Shown here: piece after piece, positions 1 through 12,641 of the stretch
How the letters are laid out: each line of letters opens with the position of its first letter
How positions within the stretch are numbered: position 1 is the stretch's first letter
From: Albugo candida
Lineage: Eukaryota
Assembly: GCA_040437565.1 (NCBI GenBank)
Contig: JBDOQK010000034.1
Span: forward strand, 124,001 to 188,000
Length of the DNA stretch: 64,000 nucleotides
Reading direction: 5' to 3'
Made by a program: the position numbers and the translations under genes
Notes under the pieces: model-generated
What the model saw: only the letters and a program-made list of their open reading frames with translations
Databases searched by the model: none
Told to the model about the DNA's origin: nothing

Positions 1-2
1 TG

Positions 3-3000
3 GAGCTCTTTTATTTGATGCAAAGCGACTTCCAGGGCATAGAACAGGTTCATCTGAGTTTGATGCTGCAACAAGTTCCTCTTCTGGCTCGACTCAATGC
101 CCGTGCGCAAGATATCGTTCTGTCGCGTCTTCAGCCTGCAAATTTTTCCGACAGGGAGTTCATTGTGCGGCAAGGAGAGGAAGGAACGCGGTTCTACATG
201 ATAACCAAAGGCGAGGCGATTGTGACGGAACGTGACTTGAGCGTCGCTGATTCGGAAGAGAAAGAACTGACTCGATTGTACGAAGGTCATGTTTTTGGCG
301 AAATGTCGTTAATATACCAGGAACCGAGGACTGCGTCAGTGCGAGCCATTGGGGATGTAAAGTGCTTGTACTTGAATAAAGAAGATTTTGACGAATGTTT
401 GATGTCGGATAATTTCCAACGGTTTGTGCGTGAAGAATACATGGAAAAGGCGCGACGTCGAGCCATGAGAATTCGTTTAAAGCAACAGCAAACCATAGTG
501 CAAGCGACAGCTGCAACCGACGAGCTCAAAGAAGCATTGATTCCTTGCGTTCAATCAATTTCAGCTTCTCTTTCATCTCCTTTGAAAACCACAGAAACAC
601 GGAAGCTCGTGACTCATCGCCTCGCAAATGGACAAAAAGTCGTCAACAAGTATGTCATCAAAGGTGATTTGGGTCGAGGGTCTTTTGGACGCGTCAAATT
701 GTGCCAAAATGAGCAAGACGGACAATTGTATGCTGTAAAAATAATGCACAAAAGCTTCACACAGCGTATGGCTGGGAAGGAAGATTCTTTACAGGACGCT
801 CTGCGTCGAGAAATTGCGATTTTGAAGAAGTTGAATCATCCAAATGTTGTCAAGTTGATTGAGGTCATTGATGATCCCTCGAGTGAGAAGGTATACTTGG
901 TTCAAGAATACGTTCAGCATTCTTTGATGGAAGAGGTTCAGTCGGCTTCCGGGCTGCCTCAAGATACTGCACGGATGTATCTGCGGGATTTGTTGGCTGG
1001 GCTTTACTATTTGCATTATCACAATATCATTCATTTTGACATCAAGCCAGAAAACATTCTTATCACTTCAGGAGGTATGGCCAAAATTGCGGACTTTGGG
1101 ACTGCAAGAATGATTCTTCATGAATCTGACACGTTATCAGATGCCAAAGGAACACCAGCATTTATGGCACCAGAAATGTTTAATATTGGGGCAACGTATC
1201 GAGGGCCGTCAGTTGATGTTTGGTCGTTAGGAGCAACGTTGTATATGATGGTCATTGGGCGTCCTCCTTGGTTGGCCGATAATGAGATCAAATTGGCGGA
1301 AAGAGTGCAACAAGATGAGTTGTGTTTCTCATTCGAGACGAGTGAGAAAATGGATCCACATTTGAAGAATCTTTTAGTTCGCATGCTTACGAAAGAACCA
1401 GCATCTCGAATTTCGCTGATGGATTGCATTAATCATGATTGGGTGACCAAAGAAGGAAGTGATCCACTTCCAGTGCATCTTTCATTAATTCTTGGAGATA
1501 AAGCAACTGGAAAGCCGTGCAATAACGATGAGGATTCCGTCATGACCATTTCGCTGGATGAGAGTGATAATGCAATCCAACGGATTCCCGAACAGATCGA
1601 TCAGAGTTTGTCAGATTGCTTGATGAAAGCACATTGGATGATCAAGAATCGTCTACAACAAGATCAGTACAAAGCCCAAACAGGGGCTACTCAAAGATTT
1701 GATTCAGAAGGGGACACGAGGATGAAGCAAACTTTCAAATCCACATCCAATGGTTCCGATTCCTCTCATTCAGTAAGGGCAGGATCGAGTAGAGCTTCAC
1801 AAAACAACTCTGAAGAGGTTTCGAACTTCATATCGGCATGGCGAGATCATAAGCGCGTTCTACTCGGCGTAGGACATACCAATTTATCTGACCGAATTCT
1901 AGAAGTACTTCTTGAACAAAACCGTATGGCCATTTCAGCTGATCGGGCAATGGTCACAGAAATTATCATGCCATCAGCACCAGGATCGGTATCGATGCAT
2001 TCTAATTCTTCCCTCTCATCATTCGGTAACGTGACTACTGTGAGTGATCCAGCTGAGATGAGCACAGATTCACTGGAGGGACTTGAACGAGATGATTTTG
2101 TTGCGCAATCTCTGCCAAAACATTCATTCAATCGAGGATCGCTTCTGGGTCACCATTATCAGTCTCTTCCGAATATTAATAGCTTAGATGAACATGGGAG
2201 CCAACCAACGCTGAGGCGTAAACGCAGCTCTAATTCCTTTGTTGATTCCGCCATCATCCATCCAACGCCGACGTGCTTGCTAGATGGTAGCCCTCGGGCA
2301 CTCACTCGACATAAATCGGCAGTGCATCTTAAATGCAATTCCAGCTCACCACTACAATACGAAAAAGAAGGAGATAATTTTATTGACAAATTGCACTTGG
2401 ATATATGGTGCAGTAACTCCAGCGAGGCGCATTCTGCCAACAGCATCATGTCGTCCGAAAATGACGCCAAGTTGATGAAACGCTCCCTATCCCGCAAAAA
2501 AGATTTTCTGATGGTCACATCCGAGGTACTAATGGGCCAGGACGGCGACTATCAAACTAGAAAGATCATGTTCCAGGCACGAGACCACGATTTCTCTGTG
2601 GCTTCTCGAGCCCCAGTATCATCCAAACGCTCGCTTTCGCAATTGGTCATGAGCGAGACTAGCGGATGCAGCAATCCCTCTGCAGTTTCAATAGGCATTT
2701 CGAAAAGCGCTTCTCAAAACTCTTCTGATTGTAAATATGGTTCCTCCCATTCATTACTGAGTTCCGCTCTCTCCGAAAGCAATCGAAGCTTCCGATCCGA
2801 AATATCCAGAACAGCGTCGCAAGGAAATGCAGACCTCACAGAGCTGCGATCCAAAGAAACCCGAGACGGTATCGACCTGGATGGTCTTGGAGTTACAGAA
2901 ATCAATGTTGAAGATGTTGGGGAGATCCATTGTGCGCACGATCTTGCAAATGAAGAAATGAACGTTCGAAATGCTTATTCGCGCGCAGGGAAATGTTTGT

Positions 3001-4250
3001 CCCCAAGAAGCCAGTTTTGGGACAAGGACGAATCCGACTCTGATTACAGTGAAGTTGAAGATGCCGTGGATGTCGATGCGACGTTTGAAAAATTGGTTGG
3101 AGGCCCTTCTGACATCGAACGGGTTACTGGAGAAGATGAAGATCTCGCTCCTCTCCCAGAAATAACAGAATGTTGCAAACCCGAGTCCTCTGCGTGTTTG
3201 GAAAATTCAGTAGCCAGTTTGATCTCATCGGCTTCATCGTACTTGACGTGTGATCAAACAGTGCAAGTTTATGTGAGCAGTCAGATTCGCGAGAATTTGA
3301 TTCTGGGAATCAGATCTGGGTACGCCGAAGCAAAAGGTGCCAGAGCAAGTATGGAAGACCGAAGTTTAGTACGAGCAGCGTGTAATTTAGAAGACTTTGG
3401 CGCGGGTATCAACAAGCAATTTGCGTCTTTGGCCGTGTTTGGAGTGTTTGATGGACATAACGGGTTTGATACCGCAAGTCATTTACAGGCTCATCTAGTC
3501 GAAATCATGTTATCCAATAAAAAATTCGTATCGAATCCACGGGATGCTGTAAAGGAAAGCTGTCAACAAATCGATGAGACAATTCTGAGAAATCAGAATC
3601 AGAGCTGGGCACCAAGACGGCTATTGAGTTATGCTCACCATAAAGAGGTGATGGGAAGAATGCAATCGACTCAAAATTTACAGCCCATCTCTTTCTCTGG
3701 TGCTACCGGTGTTTTTGCAATCATGATGAAAGATAAAAGACAAGATTGTGGTAGTCAAAATGGAAAAACATTGGATGATGGTATCTCTACAAAGATACTG
3801 ATAGGGAATGTCGGCGATTCTCGTGCTGTTCTAGCACAATCAGATGGGTTAGCGCGAGATATAACAAAGGATCACAAAGCTTCTGATGCGTTCGAAAAAA
3901 GGCGAATTGAAGCCAGTGGAGGTTTTGTGCATAATGGCCGACTGGACGGAATCTTAGCCATTTCACGCGGATTTGGTGATTTGGCGCATAAACAAGACGG
4001 CCATTTGATCAGCGACCCCGACGTGTTTGAACACGTAATTGGTGTGAAGGATGAATTTCTCCTGCTAGCAAGCGACGGGCTGTTTGATGTTCTCAACTCT
4101 CAACAGGCTGTGAATCTCATTCGACGTAAATTGCGCCTTCATGGAGACGTACAGTTGGCGGCGCACGAGCTCATTCTCAAAGCGCAACAATTCTTATCAC
4201 ACGATAATATCAGCGTAATTATTGTCGTGTTCAACCAATGTGGCACATGA
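3..4250 (+). CDS. Cyclic-nucleotide-binding domain + CaMKK-like Ser/Thr kinase + PP2C phosphatase fusion protein (probably 5'-partial)
   Basis: cNMP cassette FGEMSLIYQEPRTASV. Kinase motifs GRGSFG, AVK, HFDIKPEN, DFG, GTPAFMAPE, DVWSLG. PP2C motifs MEDR, FDGHNG, NVGDSRA, DHK, SRGFGD, SDGLFD, DNISV. The frame is open to the window edge upstream of ATG 18. Confidence 0.93.
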   Translation, partial: ELFYLMQSDFQGIEQVHLSLMLQQVPLLARLNARAQDIVLSRLQPANFSDREFIVRQGEEGTRFYMITKGEAIVTERDLSVADSEEKELTRLYEGHVFGEMSLIYQEPRTASVRAIGDVKCLYLNKEDFDECLMSDNFQRFVREEYMEKARRRAMRIRLKQQQTIVQATAATDELKEALIPCVQSISASLSSPLKTTETRKLVTHRLANGQKVVNKYVIKGDLGRGSFGRVKLCQNEQDGQLYAVKIMHKSFTQRMAGKEDSLQDALRREIAILKKLNHPNVVKLIEVIDDPSSEKVYLVQEYVQHSLMEEVQSASGLPQDTARMYLRDLLAGLYYLHYHNIIHFDIKPENILITSGGMAKIADFGTARMILHESDTLSDAKGTPAFMAPEMFNIGATYRGPSVDVWSLGATLYMMVIGRPPWLADNEIKLAERVQQDELCFSFETSEKMDPHLKNLLVRMLTKEPASRISLMDCINHDWVTKEGSDPLPVHLSLILGDKATGKPCNNDEDSVMTISLDESDNAIQRIPEQIDQSLSDCLMKAHWMIKNRLQQDQYKAQTGATQRFDSEGDTRMKQTFKSTSNGSDSSHSVRAGSSRASQNNSEEVSNFISAWRDHKRVLLGVGHTNLSDRILEVLLEQNRMAISADRAMVTEIIMPSAPGSVSMHSNSSLSSFGNVTTVSDPAEMSTDSLEGLERDDFVAQSLPKHSFNRGSLLGHHYQSLPNINSLDEHGSQPTLRRKRSSNSFVDSAIIHPTPTCLLDGSPRALTRHKSAVHLKCNSSSPLQYEKEGDNFIDKLHLDIWCSNSSEAHSANSIMSSENDAKLMKRSLSRKKDFLMVTSEVLMGQDGDYQTRKIMFQARDHDFSVASRAPVSSKRSLSQLVMSETSGCSNPSAVSIGISKSASQNSSDCKYGSSHSLLSSALSESNRSFRSEISRTASQGNADLTELRSKETRDGIDLDGLGVTEINVEDVGEIHCAHDLANEEMNVRNAYSRAGKCLSPRSQFWDKDESDSDYSEVEDAVDVDATFEKLVGGPSDIERVTGEDEDLAPLPEITECCKPESSACLENSVASLISSASSYLTCDQTVQVYVSSQIRENLILGIRSGYAEAKGARASMEDRSLVRAACNLEDFGAGINKQFASLAVFGVFDGHNGFDTASHLQAHLVEIMLSNKKFVSNPRDAVKESCQQIDETILRNQNQSWAPRRLLSYAHHKEVMGRMQSTQNLQPISFSGATGVFAIMMKDKRQDCGSQNGKTLDDGISTKILIGNVGDSRAVLAQSDGLARDITKDHKASDAFEKRRIEASGGFVHNGRLDGILAISRGFGDLAHKQDGHLISDPDVFEHVIGVKDEFLLLASDGLFDVLNSQQAVNLIRRKLRLHGDVQLAAHELILKAQQFLSHDNISVIIVVFNQCGT

Positions 4251-4618
4251 CGCTCCCAGTATAGGCGTAATAATTGGGCCTGCTGTAGTCGAGCCAGTCA
4301 CAGACAACCCGAATATTTCACAATTCCATCCATCGAGCAAGCGATAAGTTTGTGATACATCATACTTATGCAGAGAATGAACTCCTGGTTCCTTGTACAC
4401 GTACTGACTTCTATGCGCGCAGTCGATGTTGCACGTAGGGTAGCTGTATACCTAATCGTTAGTTCCGGCTTTGGCCGATTTGAGTCAAGCTGTAAACTCA
4501 ACAAACCGAACCCTACATATCGCGTAATACAATTTTCTACTCGTATAGAGCACGCACCAAGTGGAACCTGCAAACTGGGATCACTCGAGATTTTCTTCCA
4601 CAACACGATTACTGTCAA

Positions 4619-5979
4619 ATGCAAGGCGTCAACAATTACATATCCACCAATCCTTTTGATCCGACGTTCTCTCCATTAACCACGTCCGCACCGCGAAACC
4701 GTCTTGCACATTCAGATTTTACATATAATCGTGTTCACGATTTGAATTCGTCAAAACAAAATGTTCAGACAAATTTAATTCATTTCGAGAATAAAATGCT
4801 GGTGAAATCAGCGAAGGCTCAACTAGTAGGGAGACAAGTAAAAATCAAAAAACGCATTCCCACGTCTGTTATCGTCGATGGAGTCCGTCGGGAGGTCGCT
4901 TCCCTGCAAGACGAATTGAATCGATTACAAAACCAACACAACAAGCGTCAAATCGCACGAATGGATAACAAAATCCAGCAACGCTGGCAAATCGCGCTTT
5001 CTATAATGAAAAATCATTCAATGCGCGCATGTCGCGAAAACGAAAATCTCATCTCAGCGCGTGAAGAATATCAGCAAATTATCAACGAAATGAAAAAGTA
5101 TGTGCAACGTTGCGTGAAAATGGAGTCGCCTACTCAAGATGTCATCTTACAGAATCGTGTTCAATCCGATCAACTTTCAGGATGCGATTGGGATTCACTT
5201 CGTAATAGTGTGCACACACAATTATTGGATTGTCACCAAATTTTAAGTACATTTGATGTGTCCAATATGAAGACACTGACTCCGATCGTCCGCTGCAAAA
5301 AAACGCTCAAAGTCTCCTGCGAGCGACGTCAAAGCATCGTCTATCCCTTTGGAATGGATCGCGTAGCATCAGCATCCTGGACAATGTGCGAGAAAGATTG
5401 CAGTTCATTTGATCGGCACAAGGTGCGTTGATGCTGCTAAGTGGATGTCGATGAGGCCTCACTTTTGTTTCAATGTAGACCCCTGAAATGAGTGATGGAG
5501 AGATCCTCCAACAAGGAACTTTGCGTTTGGAAATGCGTCGAGTGCAAGTTGCGGTTCCTTGTAGAATAGTCAAATTATGTCGTGAGGTCGACGGGAACAT
5601 TTGCATTTGTGGCGTGGTTGTTGGTCGAGTTCCTAGCTCGTTAGTTTCAATGCACCAAACGCCCGAAGAAAGCTCGGCTTTTATCGAATTACACGCACGC
5701 GTGTGGTTTATCTACCGCAAACTCGACGGAAAGCTAGGAAACGCAGCAAATGAACCAATGTGTCAGCAAGTTCAATTCAGCACCATTGAGCTTCACTCGG
5801 ATGGAGATACATCTCAGGATGGGAATGGTTCAGTCGATTCGGATTCCACGTCGCGCATGAAAATTTTCCGTCGTGTTGGCTTGTTGGCCGATCTCTTCCG
5901 ACACGCACACGACGCTGACATTGAGAATTACATCCAAAACACTGAAAATCAACTTATGGATGAAGCAATTCGCGGCTGA
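4619..5979 (+). CDS. Oomycete hypothetical protein resembling the M96 mating-specific/START-like family; 2 exons
   Basis: GT-AG intron 5423-5478 joins ORF 4619 to ORF 5488 in frame (RHK|TPEMSD). It has an N-terminal coiled coil, YPFGMDRVASASW and a C-terminal ENYIQNTENQLMDE, which recall that family. Confidence 0.55.
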
Positions 5980-7970
5980 TATCACTAATTCCACCTTCGA
6001 CTCTCATGACGTAGCATTAGGTAACAATAGTAAATCGGATTCTCCCAAAATTCCGCTTATGAAGACGAATGAACCGAAGCCTTTGCCGACTCGAACAAAC
6101 TTTCGGTTCCTTCGTCCACTTTGGTGTACGTTTGCCTCACTTTTTCAGCAAAGCATTGTGTCACAAATTGAGTCACTCGAGTCTTCAGAACGTCTTTCAG
6201 GCTCACTTCCTGTTGTTCCATCGACAGATCGCAGAGTTTTTCAGTCAATTCCACGAGCATTGCCAACTACAAAGCGAATTATTTCCAAATTTTTGACACA
6301 TTCAATGGAAAAACGTACTTTTTCTCGCAATTCCGTCAGACTTTGTTCGGCCGTATCGATCGCCAAAAACGATTGCTGATTGAATGCATTTCCACGCGTA
6401 CCTTTTGGCGTCATCTTATCCTCACGAGCGATCTCAGGATGCCGCGTTTCATCCTCAGCGACCTGATTATCGCAAGGCGTTTGTTTTTGAACGCGTTTGT
6501 CCACAATCTGAAGCGCTTCCTGCACGCGTTCGGCCAACATCGCGTGTTTATGGACTAACGATCGACACAAAGTCTGTGTCGAGAGATTGTGTTGTTGAGC
6601 GATTTTCTGAAGTTGTTCCAATTCAATTGCGAGTTTTTGTGTTTCGGCTTTAGCGGCAAAGCGCTTCTTATTGGACTCTTCGACTTGGCGTTTCGCATCG
6701 GCTAATTCTCTGGCGCGTTGTTGGCTCTTTTCCGATTCCTGGAGTACGTGGAGCGTTTGTTTCAGAATTTGGATTTCATCGGTGAGTTCGTGGACACTGC
6801 TGGCAGCTTGTACCAATTTCTGCTGAGAATTCTCANNNNNNNNNNNNNNNNNNNNNNNNNNNNNNNNNNNNNNNNNNNNNNNNNNNNNNNNNNNNNNNNN
6901 NNNNNNNNNNNNNNNNNNNNNNNNNNNNNNNNNNNATGGAGATACATCTCAGGATGGGAATGGTTCAGTCGATTCGGATTCCACGTCGCGCATGAAAATT
7001 TTCCGTCGTGTTGGCTTGTTGGCCGATCTCTTCCGACACGCACACGACGCTGACATTGAGAATTACATCCAAAACACTGAAAATCAACTTATGGATGAAG
7101 CAATTCGCGGCTGATATCACTAATTCCACCTTCGACTCTCATGACGTAGCATTAGGTAACAATAGTAAATCGGATTCTCCCAAAATTCCGCTTATGAAGA
7201 CGAATGAACCGAAGCCTTTGCCGACTCGAACAAACTTTCGGTTCCTTCGTCCACTTTGGTGTACGTTTGCCTCACTTTTTCAGCAAAGCATTGTGTCACA
7301 AATTGAGTCACTCGAGTCTTCAGAACGTCTTTCAGGCTCACTTCCTGTTGTTCCATCGACAGATCGCAGAGTTTTTCAGTCAATTCCACGAGCATTGCCA
7401 ACTACAAAGCGAATTATTTCCAAATTTTTGACACATTCAATGGAAAAACGTACTTTTTCTCGCAATTCCGTCAGACTTTGTTCGGCCGTATCGATCGCCA
7501 AAAACGATTGCTGATTGAATGCATTTCCACGCGTACCTTTTGGCGTCATCTTATCCTCACGAGCGATCTCAGGATGCCGCGTTTCATCCTCAGCGACCTG
7601 ATTATCGCAAGGCGTTTGTTTTTGAACGCGTTTGTCCACAATCTGAAGCGCTTCCTGCACGCGTTCGGCCAACATCGCGTGTTTATGGACTAACGATCGA
7701 CACAAAGTCTGTGTCGAGAGATTGTGTTGTTGAGCGATTTTCTGAAGTTGTTCCAATTCAATTGCGAGTTTTTGTGTTTCGGCTTTAGCGGCAAAGCGCT
7801 TCTTATTGGACTCTTCGACTTGGCGTTTCGCATCGGCTAATTCTCTGGCGCGTTGTTGGCTCTTTTCCGATTCCTGGAGTACGTGGAGCGTTTGTTTCAG
7901 AATTTGGATTTCATCGGTGAGTTCGTGGACACTGCTGGCAGCTTGTACCAATTTCTGCTGAGAATTCTCA
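5801..7970. repeat. Direct repeat 5801-6835 / 6936-7970 across a 100-N gap (likely assembly overlap)
   Basis: Sequence after the gap restarts at atggagatac (same as 5801), and identical ORF translations recur at offset 1135. Confidence 0.92.
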
Positions 7971-8926
7971 TTCAATTGTTTGATACGTCGTTCATTTTCG
8001 ACGTTTTTATGGTTCAATTCCATTCGTAGCCGATCGATTTCGCACTGTTGTTGAGCTTTTTCATCCAAAAGCGACTGTTTATCGGCTGAAAGCGCCAAAA
8101 CGAGCGTTTTGGCTTTTTGACGCTTACTCAGTTCGTCTTTATGGTTGGCTTCCGATAGTGTTTTGTGTGATTCGAATTCGCTTTGCAAAACGCGATATTT
8201 TGCGTCGAGCTCTTCCAATTCGCGGGGATCGATAGCTTTACTTCGAAGTCGATGAATTTCGCTCTCATTTGCGAGAAGAATGGATTCTTTCGCGCGTATT
8301 TGCTCGTGCATCCGCATCATTTGGATAGTGTCATCTGCCAATTGTTTTTCAAGTATTTCAATTCGACTGAGTGAATTTTGAAGCGCTTCCTGAAGCTCCA
8401 CGAGCCTCCGATCATCTCGACGATGCTCCGTTTCGTTCGATTGCGACAGTTTTTCCAATTGAGAGCGTAAGGCTCCATTTTGTTGCTGCATATTGGCTGC
8501 TATTTCTTCCGATTGAATCAGTTTTTCACGATACATTTGAAGCTGTTCGAGTTGAAAATCGCGATCCAAAAGCTTTTTTTGAAGATGTTCGATTTCGATT
8601 TCGTGTTGCTGATGTTTATCAGCGAGCATTTTCGAGTCAATCGCAAGTTGTTGAACGTCACCAGAGCGCTGAAGCTGGTCGAGCTGCTGTTGGAGACGTT
8701 CACATGTGATTTTAGAGGCTTGGAGATCGTTTTCAAGCGCAATTTTCGCGGTAGCATCCGAATGCGATGAAAAATGTGCCACTTTGGCTTTTTCAGCGGC
8801 TAATTCCTTCCGCATGGAATCGACAAAAGCTTTGGTTTTCAATTTGAGCTGATAAAGCGTCTCATCTTTGGCCTTATTTTCGAGTTTCAATCGATTGACT
8901 TCGGTCTCGAGAACGGCGCTATCCAT
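7192..8926 (-). CDS. Long coiled-coil protein; 2 exons
   Basis: 516-aa heptad-rich E/Q/K/L ORF. A GTACGT...TGTAG intron joins ELREK to LAMLVELTEK (ORF 7192-7401 frame). The partial copy at 6057-6835 lies in the gap duplication. Confidence 0.8.
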
Positions 8927-9036
8927 TGCGATAAACCGATTATGCGTTTGAATGCGTTAAACATTAAATAATAAAAAGCGTTTCGGAACGACGTCCTCGA
9001 AATAGCGATCGTTTCGCGGTCTTTTATTGCGATTGA

Positions 9037-10833
9037 ATGAAGCGTATCGCTCAGAATCCATGGAAGCGGATGCTTGCGATTGGGAGAGGCGGCTCTGTGG
9101 TCATCACAACGCAAATGGGCGATGAAAATACGGCCGTGATAGACATTGAAGCTGTTTTATTGAAAGGTGATTTCTCGATGGGAAAATGGACAGAGTACGA
9201 GGCAATTTGTGTGGCGTTTGCAGCCTCTGATGTATTGTTTGTCGGAATGACGGGTGTGCATGCGAATTCTCGCGATAAATGTTCGTTTCTATGCGGAATT
9301 CGATTGTTTTCTTCTTCAAAAACAATTTTTCCGCATGTTCTTTTCGTGGAATCGCTGGGGGAAGAAAGTGTTTGGGAGCTTTGTATTGGCGTAAGCGACT
9401 CGATGTCGTATCTCGTGTTTTTGATGGAGAATCACATTGGCGTATTTGTTTGGAAGGAGAGATATAGCGATCGGCTCGTGTGTGTTGCATCGATTCCCGG
9501 CGCCAAACGATTGACCGCGGGTTCTTTTCTTTGGGATCGGATGCTTGGATGCGTGGTGGATGAGAATGGATCCATTTATGTACTCGATATCAGTGGCTGT
9601 TTACGGGCGCTCGAAGAAACAATGCGACAATCGTTCAATGTGCGTTCTCGGAAACGAATCGACGAAAATTTGCATTGTTTGAAGGCAATTCAATGCGTTC
9701 GGGGTGGAGCTTGCATGAAGGAGAACCCGATGGCTCAGATTCAGATTGTAGGCTTTCGGAAACAGATAGAGGCGTTGAGTATGCGGATCTGTTGTGCTCG
9801 ATGGATCAATTTGCCGAATATCTCTACACAATGGCTTATTGTGGCGTCGGAGAATGGATCATTGCAAGTATGAGCGACAAGTTTTTCCGTCAGATTGAGT
9901 GATATTGTGCTCGATAGATATTTAAATGCAATTCGAAGGCACGTGAAATCGTCTTTTTGCAGGTACGCTGACGCTGTTGATTCAATTTTGTCTCATTTTT
10001 TTTGAAAGGAGTATCCATCGTCAACGTTTTCGACCAAAAAGCCGCATTTTCTATCGCCGGCAAAAGTGTCGGAACATCAAATTGTGCTCTTCACGATTTT
10101 TGGACAGAGCGTACGCGAATGGAAGCTTGGGGTATGCATGGAGCCGACTGTGGATCTGGTGCTTCCGTGTGTGAAGAACGCCTTCGAACTGCCACAAAGA
10201 GCTGTAAGTAGCATCGAAGCTTCCAGGCCTATTTATACTTGATTTTTGTATGCAGATTGGGTCCGAGGTCGTCGCGGTCGCTTGGAGTTTTGAAAATCAG
10301 CGAAAGGAGGAGCCAAATGCAAGTTCTTTCGATGAGAGGGAAGGAATTGGGCTCGAATATGCTAGCCTGATCACCGCGGATGGAAAGCTTGAGCATTTTC
10401 ACTTGGTTCGAGAAGAATCAGAACTAGCGAATCAGAAGGATGAGCTGATTCTGAGAACATCGATGGCACCGATACCTGAGGAAATACGTTGCGATCACTT
10501 TTGCGAGCGAAATCAGGCGAACGAGAAGGCAGATATGACAATACAAGAGCGATACAAGCTTCCTGAAATGCCATTGACAGATAAGAAGGCCGTAGGCGAA
10601 AGACGAACGACTCAATCGACGAAAAAGGAGTATAAAAGCGTACGTTATCAAGAACTTGTATCTAGCATTGTTAGTGATGAGATTATGTAACACAGCGCTT
10701 GGAGTGCGCAAGTGCACGCGTGCATCGGCTACATCAAAATGTAGAAGCAATGCGTGGATCCTTCCAGCTATTTTGCGTCGATGTGCAGGAGCAGATGAGT
10801 GAGCTAACGCGGATGTTGCACGCGTCGCCGTGA
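9037..10833 (+). CDS. Hypothetical multi-exon protein, possibly a beta-propeller with a C-terminal coiled coil
   Basis: ORFs 9037-9873, 10002-10211 and 10250-10640 are separated by GT-AG introns. A probable last exon RLECASARVHRLHQNVEAM...HASP* ends at 10833. WD-like strands (WLIVASENGSLQI, VVAVAWS). Confidence 0.55.
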
Positions 10834-10939
10834 ATGCCTGATTGCATGTACCACGTAAGTTTAGGCTCATGTAACACACCTAAATGTTGATTGCGAGCTA
10901 TATAGCGCGTATTACGGTAATTTTGTGTCTCACGCGAAA

Positions 10940-12573
10940 ATGGTAATGATCCAATAATCTTCTCAGCGCTGCTGACATTTTGCTGCTCTCAAGGATGATG
11001 AACTTGAAGACGATGTGCTCGCACCATTTCACAATATACCTAAATCGCCCTCTATAGTGCTGAACGTCTCTCAAGACGCTCAAGTACCTCTCAATGTGAT
11101 AAACCAAACTGCATCCTTGCAGGACGATGTCGCATCAGAAACAGACGAGCAATTAGGAGTCGACACCAACTCTACATCCGAAACAAAAATGGCGAAGGAA
11201 CAAAATCCTGTGGACGAAGAAGACGACGAGGAAGAGGAGGAAGTAGCAATTGTTCTCAGTAACAATAACAATGCAAAGCCAACGCTTCGATTCACAGGCG
11301 GATTCAATCGGTACATTCGGAATACTTTCACAGGCTTACCGCAACATAATCCTGTCAGTACTTCGTCACAAGAGTTTGGAGAGGTGAAGCAGATTTCCCT
11401 ATAAAGCGATCTTGAACAGAATGTATTATTTGTAGATTGACCCTATTGATGACGCGATGATGTTTGGAGCGCGAAGAACCGCTTTCGACGTCGATATCGA
11501 TATGCTGGAAGAAAAACCTTGGCGAAAACCTGGGATTGATATCGCAGATTACTTTAATTACGGATTTGATGAAAGAGGATGGCGTGTACGTACCTCATCT
11601 GTATATGACATGTTGCTTGAATGTGGGGATTTAGGAATACGCAGCGAAACAGCTCAAGATTCGACGTGAACTTGCTCTTGAAAAAGCAAAAGAACAGGCA
11701 GCACGTCAAGTATCGACCGCTGCGGTTGCTCATGCAAATGCCAATGCCGAACGAGCATCGAAAGCCTCACAAGAGGGTGGGAAATTCAATGGAAATCAAG
11801 CCAATAATCCGCCTAAAACAGACGTTGTGTCGGATACACCAATGGATCAAGCAAAGGAATGGATGCCTGGTTCCACAAATAATGCTTATGGAAGGGAGGG
11901 ACATGGAATTCATCCAGGTATGAATACATTCATGCAACCTCCACGAGATTGGCATCCGAATATGGGTCCACCACCTCCCTTTATGCCCAACTGGATGCAC
12001 GGTGGACCTCCACGCGACTGGGGTGGTCCAATGCCTCCTCCATGGATGCCTGGATCAAATACACAAGATACTGACGATGATCGCGGGAAAAGAGGCTCTC
12101 GTGAAAACTTCCAGGATCGTAAGGAGAATTCACATGGAAGACGAAATAATCGGGAAAATAGACGTCGAGGCAATCGAGACGATAAATTTGGTGAAGGTGA
12201 ATTCCACTTTAAAAGAGAACGCCAAAAAGACAGAACGTCGGTCGATGTACATCGTGATCTTAGTCGACAGCGTATGCGTGCCAAGGATAAAGACGAATCA
12301 ACTGACGCTGCTCGAGGTCGCGGTCGTGATCGACCAGAAGAAAAAAGCCGTGATCGATCTCGCGATCGACCTCAGGATCGCGAACGAAATCGAGACCGTG
12401 GAAAAGATCGTGATCGCTACCGAAACAATCGAAGTCATGAACGTGACCGAGGACGTGATCGTGGACGAGATCGCGAGAAATTCCCACCTCACGATCGTGA
12501 TAGCCGTAAGCGTAAAAATCGAGAATCTAGCGCCACCAGCAAATCAAGCTCTCGTCATAAACGTCGAGATTAA
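10940..12573 (+). CDS. FIP1: Pre-mRNA 3'-end processing factor FIP1
   Basis: Fip1 motif [31 protein letters not shown], acidic N-terminus, Pro-rich middle, RD/RE-rich tail and several short introns. The start is inferred as an ATG-only exon at 10940. Confidence 0.9.
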
Positions 12574-12641
12574 AGCTTTTTCCATTTCATGGCTGAAAAT
12601 AGGTTGATAGGTTCATAAAAGGTCGTAATAATATCTTTTCA

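Noticed and set aside
160-3165. Many short antisense or alternate-frame ORFs here and throughout the window
   Set aside because: They are shadows of well-supported genes and carry no motifs of their own.
12300-12520. Repetitive cgtgat/cgagat tract as a repeat array or CRISPR
   Set aside because: It encodes the RD/RE-rich tail of FIP1 and has no repeat-spacer structure.
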